A stretch of DNA of 64,000 bases, from positions 32,001 through 96,000 of the forward strand of contig OZ242374.1 of NCBI GenBank assembly GCA_965209055.1. The letters are read 5' to 3'. The notes under the pieces are model-generated. The model saw nothing but the letters and a program-made list of their open reading frames with translations, was not told the DNA's origin and ran no database searches. Of this stretch, positions 61,047-64,000 are shown piece by piece (the first letter of the stretch is position 1; every line of letters begins with the position of its first letter). Origin of the DNA: Acidobacteriota bacterium. Its GTDB lineage: Bacteria; Acidobacteriota; UBA6911; RPQK01; JAJDTT01. The translations under genes and the position numbers were made by a program.

Positions 61047-64000
61047 CGATAGGTGATCCAGATGGGGGACGACCAGGCCACGTGACCGTCGGCCTGCTGG
61101 AGGCGGACGTAGTAGAAGTGTGTTCCGGGTACCGGATCCGTTTCCAGGAAGGAGAAGTCCACGCGGCTCCCGCCCGGCTTTCGGGTGTAGACGACCCGGT
61201 TGTCCCGGATCAGGACCACGTCGGAAACCGGTCCGGTTCCCTCGGCGTGCACCCGCAATGTGGCCCCGGAGTCGGCGTCGAAGGCGTCTCCCATGATGTG
61301 GGTGCGGCCGCCCTGTTCCGCCCTGAAATCGAGGACGATGTTGTCGGTAGCGGCGTAGGAGTGGCGGCGGCGCATGGCGTCCATCAACCCCTGGGCGTCG
61401 AAGCGTTCCACCAGCAGGCAGGCGTAGGAGTAGTGGGTGGACCAGTGGTCGGAGCTGGCCTGGACGCCCAGCCGGTACCCCTTCTCCCAGGCCTTCCAGA
61501 CGAAGCCCTCCTCGAGATAGCCGCCCCGGTGAGTGGCGTTGTTGTCCCGAACCGCCGCCAGGGGCGCTCCCGGACGTTCGTAGGAGGTCCGGTCCCCCTG
61601 GAAAATCTCCACCAGCGGCTCCACGTCCTCGGCATGGTCCCGCCAGTCGGTCCCCATGGTGGGGGTGCCCGAGGTGTGGGGCATGGCGAGTCCATCGTAT
61701 TTTCTGAGGTATTCGTAGAGGACTGCTCCGCTGTTGACTTCGCCCGAACGCTCCCTGGGTCCGGCGTCAAGCACGGGCGCGCCTCTGCCGGCAAAGACCA
61801 CGTTCCGGTGCCCGTTGGGGTAGCCCAGGTTTCGTTCGTATCCCAACAACGGGACGAACCTGCCGGGGAGGTGGAACCGTTGGAGCGATTTCTGGGTCTC
61901 CCACCAGACGTATTCGCCCGGGTAGTGGTCGGTGATGGCCAGAAAGTCCAGAGAGGCGGCGTCCAGGGCGTAGCGGTAGGTCTCGTGCAGCGAACTGTCC
62001 AGCCCGCCGTCCTGGGAGTAGTCGGTGTGGCGGTGCATGTCTCCCCGGACGATCCGGTAGGTTTTTCCGTCCAACTTCACGCGGTAGGACCGGATCCGGT
62101 CCAGGTCGCCCGGCTCGTCCGGGTGGTATGGCTCGATGGGTTCTTCTCGAGGGTGATGCCCCTTCAGACGGGACACTTCGCCGTTGCGGGCAAGCTCCAA
62201 CCGTCCCACCACCACGTCTTCTTGCAGGAGCCTGGAGTCAGGCGTGGCGCGGTGAATCGACCGGTGGTCCGTGAGCCACGCCATCCACAACGTGCCGTCC
62301 GTGGAGGCGTCCAGCGCCAGGGGCATGTCCAGCCTCCCTGTGCTGCGAGGAACCAACATGGGTGTGGACCAGGAGGAGTCTTGGTAGAAGACGCCGTAAA
62401 CCTCCCAGCCCGGTCGATGCGAAGCGCCGTCGCCTGCCGTGGACACTTGGTGGCGGAAGAAGAGCCACATTCGTCCCTGCCGGTCCCAGAACAGCCGTGG
62501 GAGCTCATTGTCGTTGCGAAACCGGACCTGAGCTGCGGGTGGGCGGTAGCGCCGCAGTCCGCCCCGGGAAAGCCTCGAGAAATGGTCCTCCAGAGCTTGG
62601 GACACCTCCTCCAGCGGTCGGCTCCATCGATCCCCGTCCCAGACCGCCACGCGGATGGTCCGCTCGTCCAGGAAGGTCTGCCGCGAACGGTCGATCCAGA
62701 AGCCCGAGTCCTTCCCCCAGTTGGGGCCCGATTCGTTCCAGGCGATCCAGACCCGGTCCTGGGCGTCACACGCCACATCGGCGTAGCCTTCGAATTTCCT
62801 GGAGCGGGCCACCGGGATGATCTTGCCCATTTCCTGGGGACCCACCCGGCGCAGTTGAAGATCGTAGTCGCCTCGTTCGTACGAATCCCAGACCACGTGA
62901 ACGCCGCCCTGGGAATCCGCCGCGACGGCCGGCTTCCAGTCGTTCGCCGCCGTACGGCTCACCTTCCGTTCCGGCCCCCAGGAACCGCCTCGGAGGGTCT
63001 TGATAAGCACGTCCGATTGGGAACCGCGAAAGCCTTGCCACACCAGGTGGACCTCGCCGCCGGGACCGGCCGTGGCCCGCGGGTACAGGTCGGGACGCGG
63101 ATCCTCGGTGAGGCGCGTCACCGGCCCCAGCACGCCGTCCTCCCCAGAGCGGGCGTACAGGTCCCAGTTGTCCTCAAGTTGCTGCGACCAGATCCACCAG
63201 AACCTGCCGGCCCCGGTCCGCACCATCTGAAGGTCGGAGAGATCCTGACCCTCCCGGATCTCCACTGGGGGAGACCAGGTCCCTCCGGACAAGCGGCGGC
63301 TCAGAATCCGTTGGACGCCGTCCCTGAATTCGATCCAACCGACCCGGCAACCTGCTTCGTCCGCCGCCAGGGCGGGGAAGTCGTCATAGGTCTCTTCCCG
63401 GGTCAGAACCTGAAACAGAGGCACCTGGCTGGCCGCCACTTGTCCCGCCAGTTCGAACCTTCTCAGCCCCGGTTTCAAGTTGCGGGTGTCGATCTGCAGC
63501 AGTCCCCTTGGAGTTGAGAGAGCCCACTCCCCGGGCTGCGCCGTCACCGCCAAGAGGCCCGGCCAGACCAACCTGGAGTAGGCGGTGGTGCTGCGGAGGG
63601 GGTCGCCGCCGACAAACATCTGATTCTGGGTGGGTTCTTCCCAGTAGTTGGGTCGGCGCGCGTCGAATCTCCGGGTCCGGGCGCTCCAGGAGGATCCTGG
63701 CCCCACCGAAGTGTCCCCGTTGATTCGCCACGGCAGCAACTGTACGGAACCGGGCTCCGCTTCCAGGCGTCCACTCCAATCGGAGGGCCGGGGATCGTCG
63801 AGGCCCAACTCGATCAGGAAGCATCGTTTCCCGGATGTCAGGTCCGATGGCAGCGCCGTGTCCGGATCCGGCCCGGTCCCGCAGCCGGATGACAGGAGGT
63901 AGGCCGCAACCAGGAAGCCGAGTTTTCGCGCCGCTTGCCTCAATGGATGAGTCCGGTTCCGAAGATCCCTATCAAAATAGCATCGGCAAAATCCCGGCAC
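61043..64000 (-). CDS. PHP-fold (DUF3604/CehA-McbA-like) metallohydrolase with N-terminal beta-propeller; start near window edge
   Basis: GDMHRHT..S.DG, LDFLAITDH, GHRN, SSDH, YYVRLQQADG.AWSSPIW. Confidence 0.75.
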   Translation of the reverse strand: MPGFCRCYFDRDLRNRTHPLRQAARKLGFLVAAYLLSSGCGTGPDPDTALPSDLTSGKRCFLIELGLDDPRPSDWSGRLEAEPGSVQLLPWRINGDTSVGPGSSWSARTRRFDARRPNYWEEPTQNQMFVGGDPLRSTTAYSRLVWPGLLAVTAQPGEWALSTPRGLLQIDTRNLKPGLRRFELAGQVAASQVPLFQVLTREETYDDFPALAADEAGCRVGWIEFRDGVQRILSRRLSGGTWSPPVEIREGQDLSDLQMVRTGAGRFWWIWSQQLEDNWDLYARSGEDGVLGPVTRLTEDPRPDLYPRATAGPGGEVHLVWQGFRGSQSDVLIKTLRGGSWGPERKVSRTAANDWKPAVAADSQGGVHVVWDSYERGDYDLQLRRVGPQEMGKIIPVARSRKFEGYADVACDAQDRVWIAWNESGPNWGKDSGFWIDRSRQTFLDERTIRVAVWDGDRWSRPLEEVSQALEDHFSRLSRGGLRRYRPPAAQVRFRNDNELPRLFWDRQGRMWLFFRHQVSTAGDGASHRPGWEVYGVFYQDSSWSTPMLVPRSTGRLDMPLALDASTDGTLWMAWLTDHRSIHRATPDSRLLQEDVVVGRLELARNGEVSRLKGHHPREEPIEPYHPDEPGDLDRIRSYRVKLDGKTYRIVRGDMHRHTDYSQDGGLDSSLHETYRYALDAASLDFLAITDHYPGEYVWWETQKSLQRFHLPGRFVPLLGYERNLGYPNGHRNVVFAGRGAPVLDAGPRERSGEVNSGAVLYEYLRKYDGLAMPHTSGTPTMGTDWRDHAEDVEPLVEIFQGDRTSYERPGAPLAAVRDNNATHRGGYLEEGFVWKAWEKGYRLGVQASSDHWSTHYSYACLLVERFDAQGLMDAMRRRHSYAATDNIVLDFRAEQGGRTHIMGDAFDADSGATLRVHAEGTGPVSDVVLIRDNRVVYTRKPGGSRVDFSFLETDPVPGTHFYYVRLQQADGHVAWSSPIWITYR

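Overview
GC-rich bacterial window. The gene content is Acidobacteriota-like and the eukaryote-type LRR proteins suggest a host-associated lifestyle such as a sponge symbiont (inference). Bases 1-35.8 kb and 52-64 kb are housekeeping and catabolic genes: PPIase, tatAC, S41 peptidase, MltD, ackA-ptb-DRE-TIM cluster, oxidoreductases, Nramp-like/EamA/MFS transporters, hydrolases and large secreted beta-propeller proteins, plus a decayed toxin-antitoxin remnant. The key feature is a ~16 kb integrative island (35963-52008) with a P4-like tyrosine integrase. It sits not in a tRNA but inside a ~165 bp palindromic MITE-like element. The two halves of that element flank the island and supply the stop codons of two convergent host genes. 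The cargo is two paralogous secreted proteins with a conserved N-cap and C-terminal domains but variable VLR-like LRR arrays, and a set of divergent stand-alone secreted proteins resembling the LRR C-terminal domain (two intact, one truncated, one split by an intact IS5). The island also carries a methyltransferase and a cluster of perfect inverted repeats. No rRNA, tRNA or CRISPR array was recognised.
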